Positions 16,745 to 24,915 of a DNA stretch of 43,286 nt are shown here, in pieces. The stretch is from an uncultured Bacillales bacterium (GTDB lineage: Bacteria > Bacillota_I > Bacilli_A > RFN20 > CAG-826). A program made the position numbers and the translations under genes. The notes under the pieces are model-generated. The model did no database searches. It saw nothing but the letters and a program-made list of their open reading frames with translations, and had not been told where the DNA came from. The DNA lies in NCBI GenBank assembly GCA_946411895.1, contig CAMKFP010000002.1, positions 1 through 43,286 of the forward strand, written 5' to 3'. Numbering within the stretch: position 1 is the first letter of the stretch; each line of letters starts with the position of its first letter.

Positions 16745-19267
16745 TTAGAACAAGACAATGTTATCAAATGAGAGATAAGCACCAGTTTTAGTGAAATCAG
16801 CGATTTGGAAGTTATAGATTGTTCTATTTCCATCGCCGCTTCCACTACCAAAGCCCATAGCACAATACGTCCATCCATTGGCTTTTGCAGTAACAGATCC
16901 AGTTTCACCGTTACTACCGAAATTAGTCGCTTGGTAATACCACATTCTAAGTGTGACATCAGTTGCTGATGAGTTATAAACCCAGAATTGGACATTTTGA
17001 ACTTTTTTAGCAAGACTAAAGTCGTTTAAGAAGTTAAGAGCATATCTACCACCAGTCCACGCTCTAACCTTGACTGAACCAGTGCCTGAAACGAATTGTG
17101 TAGTATTGCTATTAATTCTATCAGTATTGCCAGTATCTACTTGCCATGGATCACCGTATCTACGTTTAAAGACTTGTCTTAATTCACTAGTTGTTCCATC
17201 ACAATCCCAGAAATTGCCTGAATCAAATCTAGTAGCAGTAATAGATCCGTTATTACTTACATAAGAACTAATTGAGCCACCACAAGCAATGTTTGTGATT
17301 TGATCGTTTGCTTCATCATAGGTACCAGTAATGGTTCCATATGTCGCCATGCCTTGATAACTACCAGTTGTAGTAATGGTGATTTGTTTGGATGATTTGT
17401 TATAAGTTACGCCAGTCGCAACAGCATCTTTATTTGCTAAGCTAACAGCAACTAAATGATTGTCTTCATTTCCAAGAGCAATAACAATTGAGAAATTCGC
17501 ACTATTAACAACAGCAGTACCTTTGAATGAACCCTCTGGATAAGCTCCGGTTGCTGGTTCAGTGACTGTCACAGCGCAGTTAGCGGTATATCCACCATCA
17601 ACAGTTGTGACAGTGATTGTTGCATTACCAGCAGCAACAGCGGTGACTTTACCAGTGGAATTAACAGTTGCCACGCTGGTATTATTTGAAGACCATGAGA
17701 CATTTTGATTTGTCGCATTTTCTGGAATAACAGTTGCGGTCAAAGTTGAGGTTTTCCCTTTTTCGATTTCAACAGCGGTTGGGGTGACGCTTACGCCACT
17801 AACGGCCACTGGAGCAACGTATTCTGCATATGGAGAAGCAGTATAGATTTCAATATCGTCGATTGGAACGTATTGGGTTGATCCACTGCCTTGTTGAGAC
17901 CAGAAACCAAATCCGTAATATGTTCTTCCAGCGGTTAACGGCATTTCAAAGTGTTGCCATGTCGCACCAGCTTGAACAGTGAAATCAAATGACTCTCTTA
18001 CAGATGTTTGAGTAGATGGTGTTAACGGACTATCATAGTACGCATAGAATTTCATAGCCGTATTGCTAGCGTGATTGGTGTTGAAATTAGTGTTTGTATA
18101 AGCACCTCTAGCCCAGAACGATAATTTCGCACCTTTACCAATAGCGTTTTTCACCCCATAAAGTTCATTCATAGAGATATAGCGCATGCTCGAACCGTTT
18201 GAGAATTTAAAGATACCAACTTTAGAACTATTATGACCTTTTTGACTGTTGTAATTTGTATTATCTGTTGAAGTCATAATTTGCCAGCCGCTACCTCCAA
18301 TTTCACTAGAGCTTGAGCCTGTATAATAGTCAGCATAGAAAGCTGATCTTAAGTTAGTGGTTTGATATTTTGTTGTGCTATTTGTATAGCCTTGACCACT
18401 AGCGGTGTAAGATTGGAAGTCTTCCACATTGTAAACTCTATTAAAGTTGATTTGTGGAACTCCAGCGGCATAAGCACCACTCTTACTTACGAAGGTGAAT
18501 GAATGTCCGTCATAATCCATAACATAGGTGAATCCAGTAAAAGCACAAGAAGCTCTCATTGGGCTCAAGCTAATAATGGTAGCAGTACCGTCTAAGTGAG
18601 TATTGGTTTCTTTATCTAAAGAAGATAAACTAACCGCTAAATTATTCACTTCTAATCTATAGGTGTATCCATCATCACCAACACCGGTATATTTACCGTT
18701 CAATAATTTTGGATCTAATGTCGTACCATTACATGTGTAGTTGAACTTAATTTCAGAAGCTTCAAAGCCTGAATCACCAGCTTCAATTTCAAAATAATGA
18801 CAAGATGGAACAGTGACTAATGAACCTGCTGCAACCGAGACAGGATCGACATCTGCTAACATTCCAGGAGCAATAGCTGGCTTAAAAACAAATGAGCCAG
18901 TACCTGCGAATGAAACACTTGTAATACCAGTAATAGCCTTGTTGTCACCGCTGGTAGAATTATAAATCTTACCATGGTTAGCAACTTGGATTGTACCTGT
19001 TCCAGCATTAAGCTTGGCATTTACGAAATTGAGTTTTACATCGTGGTTCTCAGTAGTTTTAACAGTGCCCTCGACATTGTTTTGATAGCTAGTAGTCAAA
19101 CCAGATGGAATGTTATTAGCATCAATTGTTAATGTGTAGGAGCCGTCTCCAGCGCGAGCTGCTGAAAAAATACCAAGACCAGAAGCTTTTTGTTGAAGAA
19201 TTAAACCAGAACCAACGACTAAGCCGGAAGTGATGGCTAAAACTCCAAAAGCTAAACTTTTTTTCAT
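16745..19267 (-). CDS. Exported 840-aa protein: shared N-module, DDF-type CBM-like module, Big_2 domain, linker module, C-terminal CBM-like module
   Basis: AGGAGG at 19275-19280 lies 7 nt before ATG 19267. The signal peptide is MKKSLAFGVLAITSGLVVGSG. The Big_2 domain (nt 17564-17809) reads VSVTPTAVEIEKGKTSTLTATVIPENATNQNVSWSSNNTSVATVNSTGKVTAVAAGNATITV. Confidence 0.88.
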   Translation of the reverse strand: MKKSLAFGVLAITSGLVVGSGLILQQKASGLGIFSAARAGDGSYTLTIDANNIPSGLTTSYQNNVEGTVKTTENHDVKLNFVNAKLNAGTGTIQVANHGKIYNSTSGDNKAITGITSVSFAGTGSFVFKPAIAPGMLADVDPVSVAAGSLVTVPSCHYFEIEAGDSGFEASEIKFNYTCNGTTLDPKLLNGKYTGVGDDGYTYRLEVNNLAVSLSSLDKETNTHLDGTATIISLSPMRASCAFTGFTYVMDYDGHSFTFVSKSGAYAAGVPQINFNRVYNVEDFQSYTASGQGYTNSTTKYQTTNLRSAFYADYYTGSSSSEIGGSGWQIMTSTDNTNYNSQKGHNSSKVGIFKFSNGSSMRYISMNELYGVKNAIGKGAKLSFWARGAYTNTNFNTNHASNTAMKFYAYYDSPLTPSTQTSVRESFDFTVQAGATWQHFEMPLTAGRTYYGFGFWSQQGSGSTQYVPIDDIEIYTASPYAEYVAPVAVSGVSVTPTAVEIEKGKTSTLTATVIPENATNQNVSWSSNNTSVATVNSTGKVTAVAAGNATITVTTVDGGYTANCAVTVTEPATGAYPEGSFKGTAVVNSANFSIVIALGNEDNHLVAVSLANKDAVATGVTYNKSSKQITITTTGSYQGMATYGTITGTYDEANDQITNIACGGSISSYVSNNGSITATRFDSGNFWDCDGTTSELRQVFKRRYGDPWQVDTGNTDRINSNTTQFVSGTGSVKVRAWTGGRYALNFLNDFSLAKKVQNVQFWVYNSSATDVTLRMWYYQATNFGSNGETGSVTAKANGWTYCAMGFGSGSGDGNRTIYNFQIADFTKTGAYLSFDNIVLF

Positions 19268-19308
19268 ATTTTTTCCTCCTAAAAAGAAATATATAAAGAT
19301 ACAATCAT

Positions 19309-19337
19309 ATATTCAGTCTTTCATAGGGTTTTTTCAA
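19309..19337 (-). promoter_or_regulatory. Candidate sigma-A promoter for the surface-protein genes (TTGAAA-17 nt-GAATAT)
   Basis: Minus-strand TTGAAA (19332-19337), a 17-nt spacer and GAATAT (19309-19314) lie about 40 nt upstream of ATG 19267. The region is AT-rich, so a chance match is possible. Confidence 0.3.
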
Positions 19338-19434
19338 AACCTATCTAGTGAACAATCTATGATTTTAATAAACTTTTAGAAAACAATTTTGATTTTAGTA
19401 AACAAAATAAACAATAAATGATGTTCTATATATA

Positions 19435-19459
19435 GAAAAAATCTCAATAGATTTGAGGT
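19435..19459 (-). terminator. Weak candidate terminator after the YccF-like gene
   Basis: The minus strand reads ACCTCAA-ATCTA-TTGAGAT followed by TTTTTTC, 25 nt past the TAG at 19484-19486. The stem is short and AT-rich. Confidence 0.35.
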
Positions 19460-19483
19460 TTGTTTATCAGTTCGCTCAAATGT

Positions 19484-20404
19484 CTATCTTTTAAAGATTT
19501 TCTTTAAATCTTTTGGATTATATTGCTTGGGGTAATAAGTCGTTAAGGGTCTAAATTTTGCTTGGAAAACTTTAAGTGCCCTTTTCAAAGAAGACTCTGC
19601 AGGAATAAAAATGATGAACGTGATTAAAAGATATAGGACATGCCACAGATTTGAATAAAGAACAATTTTGACAAATGTCTCTGCATTCATCCCACCAGCA
19701 GCATAAATGATAAAAGAGATTAAAATTGCGATTCCTTGGAAGAGTAAAGAAACAAAGATAGCGGCAGCAACACATTCGACGGGTGTCATTTTTGCTTGCC
19801 CCACTGCAGATTCGTTATAAACGCATTTCTTTTCTTTTTCATCCACCACTTTTCTCATAGCTTGAGAGGCTAAACAAGTTTTTCCATCACTTAATTTAAC
19901 CGTCTTATCATCTAACCTCATTTGCATTCTGAGCTGGAAATAATCAGATCTGTGATCAAGAGATTCAGTATATGAATTGGCGATTTGTACTTTCGCGCCA
20001 AATGGGGCGAGATGGAAATTAGCGGCTTTAAAATATTGTAGTCCCAAGGGGATACCAATAATTGTTATACAAAGCACGATGCCTATGCTAACTTGGACTA
20101 GATAAGTTTCCAACCCACCAAAAAGGAAATTCATAGTGTTTAAAAACGGATGCTTACCATAGTATAGTTTCCATTCTCTTCCAGCGGGATGAAAAATAAA
20201 TGGAATATATTTAAAACACATGATTCCTGCAGGGATTCCCAATATGCTCACGCATAAACTGATTCCTAAAACAAAGTTTAATATAACAGATGGAATACCA
20301 AGTAAAACAATCCAAAAAGCATTAAAAACTTTGCTATGAAGTTTTGTCGTGGGTTCTTCTCTATATTCTTGAGAAGGGAGAATAGCTAAATTATTTTGAC
20401 TCAT
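19484..20404 (-). CDS. Membrane protein with two YccF (PF03733-type) repeats and a ~160-aa C-terminal extension
   Basis: The two segments ILGIPAGIMCFKYIPFIFHPAGR and IIGIPLGLQYFKAANFHLAPFGAKV match the E. coli YccF pattern IIGIPxGxxxFKxxxxxLxPxGR. The extension contains further hydrophobic helices. The gene overlaps the upstream gene by 14 nt. Confidence 0.78.
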   Translation of the reverse strand: MSQNNLAILPSQEYREEPTTKLHSKVFNAFWIVLLGIPSVILNFVLGISLCVSILGIPAGIMCFKYIPFIFHPAGREWKLYYGKHPFLNTMNFLFGGLETYLVQVSIGIVLCITIIGIPLGLQYFKAANFHLAPFGAKVQIANSYTESLDHRSDYFQLRMQMRLDDKTVKLSDGKTCLASQAMRKVVDEKEKKCVYNESAVGQAKMTPVECVAAAIFVSLLFQGIAILISFIIYAAGGMNAETFVKIVLYSNLWHVLYLLITFIIFIPAESSLKRALKVFQAKFRPLTTYYPKQYNPKDLKKIFKR

Positions 20405-20891
20405 TTTCTTTGTCCTCTTCTAATAAAGGTGGAATTGTCTCAGCGTATCCTTGGCCAAGGAGACGTCTAGCAAAAGTCTTTCCACTACTTTCTCTATTTT
20501 TCCAATCGAGTTTCACCCCACAATATGGGCATTCATCAGGAACTTGATTTGGATCATTATTAACAAACCCAAATCTATTTCCGCATTTACCACATACATA
20601 ATTAAAACCTTTTTTATAATCTTCTTTCGAGATGGTTTTCCCATCTTTTTTCTTAAGATTATTGAGTTTGATAAAGCTATAAAGAATGGAGAATAGGCTT
20701 ATTACGATAACTGCTATAAAACTTAATGAAAAATATAAATAATAACTATCAAAAAGTTTTATTCCTTTGGAACTGGTGTAGATTAGGTAACCAATAAATA
20801 TCGCACCAAAAAAGATGATAAAAACTAAAGAGGCGATAATGTCTATTTTCAGTTTTTTTCTCGCTTTTGTAGTGTCTACGTATTTTTGCAT
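20391..20891 (-). CDS. Two-TM membrane protein with C-terminal CxxC...CxxC zinc ribbon
   Basis: AAGGAG (20901-20906) lies 9 nt before ATG 20891 (MQKYVDT). The track's 20927 start is a TTG with no SD. The zinc ribbon is CGKCGNRFGFVNNDPNQVPDECPYCG. Confidence 0.7.
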   Translation of the reverse strand: MQKYVDTTKARKKLKIDIIASLVFIIFFGAIFIGYLIYTSSKGIKLFDSYYLYFSLSFIAVIVISLFSILYSFIKLNNLKKKDGKTISKEDYKKGFNYVCGKCGNRFGFVNNDPNQVPDECPYCGVKLDWKNRESSGKTFARRLLGQGYAETIPPLLEEDKENESK

Positions 20892-21016
20892 ATAAAAGTA
20901 CTCCTTTGTTAATTTCATTCTAACCAAGGAAATAGTAAATGTCTAAAACTATAACCACAAAAAGATTAGATGCAGTCTATTTGTTTTAACAAAATGCCCT
21001 TCTTTTTCTATCTAGT

Positions 21017-21049
21017 ATAAAAATACCTCCACCATGAAGTAGAGGTATT
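21017..21049 (-). terminator. Terminator closing the 21-kb minus-strand locus (bidirectional hairpin)
   Basis: An 8-bp stem AATACCTC/GAGGTATT (21022-21029 / 21042-21049) closes a 12-nt loop. T-rich runs flank both sides. It lies 20 nt past the TAA at 21069-21071. Confidence 0.5.
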
Positions 21050-21068
21050 CTTGTTTTTGTACTATTGA

Positions 21069-22958
21069 TTAACCAATCTTTGTTAATTCGAGAGCGTCCA
21101 CTGGAACTTTGATTTTGAATTTTGGCATTTTATAAACAGAGAAGTTGTTCTTTGTTGTTAAGGTGACATATTCATCAAAGCCTTTGATTTTAGCAAAGAT
21201 GGTGTTCATCTTGTGTTGAGGTTCTTCGTCATAACAAGAGACGGATAAGAATTCACCTTTCTTAGCGTGCTTAAGCGCGTCTTCTATGCCTTTAGCGGTC
21301 TTTCTATTAAAGATGACTTCTGCTTTATCTTGTTTGAGGACGAATTGATAGTCGCCTTCTTCAACATCTAAATTCTCATAGACAAGCTTTTCTCCACCTT
21401 TAATCGCGATGGTTGTGAGTTTGTCTTTTTTAGAGACATGCGCTTCCGCGACGTTTGGATACACCACTTCACGGGAATAATGAGAGTCATCATTCTCGTC
21501 ATTAATGAGGATGTGATCAAGAGGGAGATAGACACTCATCTCTTTATTTAAAGCAATGTCACGATCTTTAGCCGCTCTAAAGACGAGATATGGGTCCACA
21601 CCTTCAATAGAAGCATAGACAATATTGTAATTGGTTCTTTCATCAGTGAAGACTGGTTTAACTTTAAGTTCAACGTTAGCCTCAGTCTTTTCAAACTCAA
21701 TGTATTCTGGTTTGATAGCGAGCATTCTATCAACATCAAACGCACTATTAAGAAGGTGAGAGATATATTCATCATCTAAATCGATGACGTTCTTGGAGCC
21801 CACTTTGATTTGCTTACCAGAAACCATACATGGAATCTTGTTATAAGATGGCATACCAATGAGGGAATGTTCGCTCTCTTTATCGAAGAGATAGACTCTT
21901 TCATTAGAGATGTTGATAAAGACTTCATCTTTCACTTTCACCTTATTCATAAGAGGTGTTTTGATGACAACATTCTTTGGGAAACCTTCAATCTTCACAT
22001 AAGTGATGGTCTCATCACCAAGTTGTTCGACAGCTTCCACAGTAGCTTTGATACCTTTTTCATCTAAAGAGATATGATCTGGTCTCACACCAAAGAGATA
22101 AGTTTTATCTAAAGCAATCTTGCTATTGATGATTTGTTTTGCGGTTTCATCTTTAAACCAAACGATGTTATCTTTCACACCACAAAGGACTGCACCAATC
22201 TTGTTCTTTTCTTGGACGAGTTGACACTCCAAGATATTCATTTGTGGGGAACCTAAGAAGGTTGCGACGAATAAGTTCGCTGGGTCTTCAAACAATGTAA
22301 CAGGCGCATCCGCTTGTTGGATAAATCCTTTATTCATAACAACAATCATATCGCCCATTGTCATAGCCTCAGTTTGGTCATGGGTGACGTAAACGAATGT
22401 TGTTTGGAGTTTATCATGAAGCTTAGTAATCTCGGTTCTCATTTGAACACGGAGCTTGGCGTCTAAGTTAGATAATGGCTCATCTAAAAGGAAGACGTTA
22501 GGTTCACGGACAATCGCTCTACCAAGGGCGACACGTTGTCTTTGACCACCAGATAATTCTTTTGGTTTGCGGTCTAATAAATCTGAAATTTCTAAAATTT
22601 CCGCGGCTTTGAGGACTTTTTCTTTAATAACGTCGCTTTTTTCGTGTTGGATTTTTAAAGAGAATCCCATGTTTTGATAGACGCTCATATGTGGATATAA
22701 AGCGTAGGATTGGAACACCATTGCGATGTCTCTATTCTTACTTTCCACGTCGTTAACTAGAACATTATCAATATAAAGTTGGCCAGAGGTAATACTCTCT
22801 AAGCCCGCGATCATTCTTAATGTTGTGGATTTACCACATCCAGAAGGACCGACTAAAACGACGAATGATTTGTCTTTGAATTCAAGATCAAAGTCGTTAA
22901 CCGCTCTTACGCCTCCTTGATAAACCTTATAAATGTGTTTTAATTTTAGTCCCGCCAT
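21069..22958 (-). CDS. MalK/MsmX-type sugar ABC ATPase with two extra C-terminal TOBE-like regulatory modules (629 aa)
   Basis: Motifs present are Walker A GPSGCGKST, LSGGQRQRV, Walker B FLLDEPLSNLD and H-loop YVTHDQ. The first regulatory domain ends at ERVYLFDKESE (about aa 365). About 260 further residues repeat its pattern. Confidence 0.92.
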   Translation of the reverse strand: MAGLKLKHIYKVYQGGVRAVNDFDLEFKDKSFVVLVGPSGCGKSTTLRMIAGLESITSGQLYIDNVLVNDVESKNRDIAMVFQSYALYPHMSVYQNMGFSLKIQHEKSDVIKEKVLKAAEILEISDLLDRKPKELSGGQRQRVALGRAIVREPNVFLLDEPLSNLDAKLRVQMRTEITKLHDKLQTTFVYVTHDQTEAMTMGDMIVVMNKGFIQQADAPVTLFEDPANLFVATFLGSPQMNILECQLVQEKNKIGAVLCGVKDNIVWFKDETAKQIINSKIALDKTYLFGVRPDHISLDEKGIKATVEAVEQLGDETITYVKIEGFPKNVVIKTPLMNKVKVKDEVFINISNERVYLFDKESEHSLIGMPSYNKIPCMVSGKQIKVGSKNVIDLDDEYISHLLNSAFDVDRMLAIKPEYIEFEKTEANVELKVKPVFTDERTNYNIVYASIEGVDPYLVFRAAKDRDIALNKEMSVYLPLDHILINDENDDSHYSREVVYPNVAEAHVSKKDKLTTIAIKGGEKLVYENLDVEEGDYQFVLKQDKAEVIFNRKTAKGIEDALKHAKKGEFLSVSCYDEEPQHKMNTIFAKIKGFDEYVTLTTKNNFSVYKMPKFKIKVPVDALELTKIG

Positions 22959-22960
22959 AA

Positions 22961-23788
22961 CTAGACCTCCTTATATAGACCCTTTTTGTAATAGTCAGGG
23001 TAATTTTCTTTGTTGATGAACTTATCGAATGCTCCAATGCAGTTAAGCATCCACATGAGATTGCTAGTAGCCACTAGGAACACCAATAAGACAATCGCCA
23101 CATACATCGTGATATCCATGATATTCACCAAAGCGATGAAGATACCTGGATGAAGAACGAAGATTCCTAAGTTGATATGAAATCTCATAAGTGTCATTAA
23201 GAATCCATTCTTTAAGATGTGACGATATTTGTTTTCATAAATGAGAGTTTGACCAATCGCGTAGTAGCCCACCATATAGACCAATATCGATTGAATCACT
23301 AATATCACAATCCCAAATCCGGAGATTGTTGTATCAAAGTTTGAGAGATAGAAATAGAAGAAGAATGAACCAATGATGGTCACCATCGCGCTAAAGCCGA
23401 CGATGAAGCCAGTTAATAATCCTCTTTTCCATTCACTACGTAACCCTAAGAAGAAGCTACTAGAAGCAAATTCACCTTCCGCATAAATGAGCTGTTTCAT
23501 GCAGTAGAATGAGCCAGTCAATCCAGTAAATGCTGACATCATAGAGAACATGATGAGCCCTCCAGTGATGATATAAATGGTCATCAAGGAGTTAATCGAT
23601 GTTGCACCTCTAACAAAGATATAGAAGCACACGAGAGTGGCAATTAAAGGCATATTGAACACAGTTTGTAGGAATGAAATCTTAAGTAATTCGACAAAGC
23701 GATGCTTAAAGATATCAAAGAACTGTTTAAAACGTGTCCTTGGACGATTAGTCTGTTCAAAATCTACATGATTTTCAACTTGTTTCAT
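22961..23788 (-). CDS. Polytopic membrane protein, DUF624/YesL-like
   Basis: The protein is hydrophobic and polytopic and ends in ENYPDYYKKGLYKEV. It is a paralogue of 5991-6812 (tail EHYPDYYLKGLNH). Its stop lies 2 nt from the ATPase start. Confidence 0.78.
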   Translation of the reverse strand: MKQVENHVDFEQTNRPRTRFKQFFDIFKHRFVELLKISFLQTVFNMPLIATLVCFYIFVRGATSINSLMTIYIITGGLIMFSMMSAFTGLTGSFYCMKQLIYAEGEFASSSFFLGLRSEWKRGLLTGFIVGFSAMVTIIGSFFFYFYLSNFDTTISGFGIVILVIQSILVYMVGYYAIGQTLIYENKYRHILKNGFLMTLMRFHINLGIFVLHPGIFIALVNIMDITMYVAIVLLVFLVATSNLMWMLNCIGAFDKFINKENYPDYYKKGLYKEV

Positions 23789-23789
23789 C

Positions 23790-24428
23790 TTAAGCCTCTA
23801 ATAGATAATTCATGAACGTTAAGGCATTATCGTATTTTGCGTTTCTTTCTCCGCTTATCGCTCCTAAGTTTTTGCTACTCACAGATAAACAAGCATAGTA
23901 GTCAACGCCATCCATAAACGTCATAAACTCATCAAAATAGCTACTCTCCCCTTTCTTTTTGATTAAAGCACCATAGGTGAAGGTGTTATGATCTTCGTCT
24001 TCATAAACATAATACTCGTTTTGATTTGGGAAGTATGATGTTTTAACATCAGTTGTGATATCAACGAAGAATCTTTCTTGATATCCTTTGAATTCATCCA
24101 TTGTGGCTTCATCTAAAACAAGGATATCGGAATTGTTCATATAAAGCTTAAGTTTGGAGTAATATCCTGTCGCACTTGGTAAAGCGTTAGGCGTTTTAAT
24201 CTCTCTTAAGTTTTCTTTTTCGTAATGCTCTTTTCTAATCTTAGTGGCAAAGCTGCTATTCTTCACTTGGGTAGAAAAGAAGATTGTCAAAGATTGATGA
24301 GCGGTTGGTTGATGGAACGCTTCAAACCCCCACATCCAAATGAGGGTGGTAAGCGCAATCATGATGGGGTAGATATACCACGTATGAGCGAAGATCTTTT
24401 TCGCTTTATCTTTATTAAAGCGCTGCAT
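23790..24428 (-). CDS. Single-pass membrane-anchored protein of unknown function (212 aa)
   Basis: The N-terminal helix is WYIYPIMIALTTLIWMWGF, followed by a soluble domain of about 170 aa. I recognise no family. The gene is packed 1 nt from the downstream gene and overlaps the upstream gene by 14 nt. Confidence 0.62.
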   Translation of the reverse strand: MQRFNKDKAKKIFAHTWYIYPIMIALTTLIWMWGFEAFHQPTAHQSLTIFFSTQVKNSSFATKIRKEHYEKENLREIKTPNALPSATGYYSKLKLYMNNSDILVLDEATMDEFKGYQERFFVDITTDVKTSYFPNQNEYYVYEDEDHNTFTYGALIKKKGESSYFDEFMTFMDGVDYYACLSVSSKNLGAISGERNAKYDNALTFMNYLLEA

Positions 24429-24915
24429 GAGTTATCTCCTTCACTCCGACGATGATATTTTGATAAGTCTCTAAGGAATAGCTTTCTCCTTCTCTGAAGG
24501 ATGCTTCAGTATCTAACAAATAGAGATTCTCTTGATAGGTACTTTCTCCTTCTTTATAAGAGAAGTTCATGACTTTAAAGACGATGTTATCCATAGTCTT
24601 ATCTTCTCTTTGTTCCACAAATGTCATGTTGCGTCTATTCTCTAGATTGACCCCATTCATCCCTTTGTAGATCTTGTAATAGCGTCTCACCATCGGGAAG
24701 ATGTTGAGGAAATAAAAGACCATAAAGACGAGATATAGACAATCAACGACAATATTGATAATAAGGTTTGGATAATAATCCAAGGAGGAGAATAAAATCG
24801 ATAATAGACTACCCGCGATCACCATAACAGATAATAGAGAAATTAGAACGATATGTAATACATATCTTCTTTTGCTTCTTCTATTAGCTAATTTGATGTC
24901 GAGGAGTCGATTCAT
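24415..24915 (-). CDS. Two-TM membrane protein with ~85-aa soluble C-domain, unknown function (166 aa)
   Basis: The helices are VLHIVLISLLSVMVIAGSLLSILF and IINIVVDCLYLVFMVFYFLNIF. A beta-rich tail follows. The topology is reminiscent of bPH_2/YdbS-type proteins, but that is unverified. The start is coupled to the upstream stop as TAATG. Confidence 0.62.
   Translation of the reverse strand: MNRLLDIKLANRRSKRRYVLHIVLISLLSVMVIAGSLLSILFSSLDYYPNLIINIVVDCLYLVFMVFYFLNIFPMVRRYYKIYKGMNGVNLENRRNMTFVEQREDKTMDNIVFKVMNFSYKEGESTYQENLYLLDTEASFREGESYSLETYQNIIVGVKEITHAAL

Noticed and set aside
13592-19304. Small ORFs lie antisense or off-frame within the surface-protein genes: 13592-13786, 16741-17013, 17070-17264 and 19122-19304.
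   Set aside because: They are embedded in long, domain-rich ORFs. 16741-17013 is simply another frame of the 840-aa gene's 3' end.
19323-19345. An imperfect hairpin ATAGGGTTTT-TTC-AAAACCTAT could be a terminator.
   Set aside because: The stem is bulged and AT-rich, no T-tract follows on either strand, and it overlaps the candidate -35 of the surface-protein promoter.
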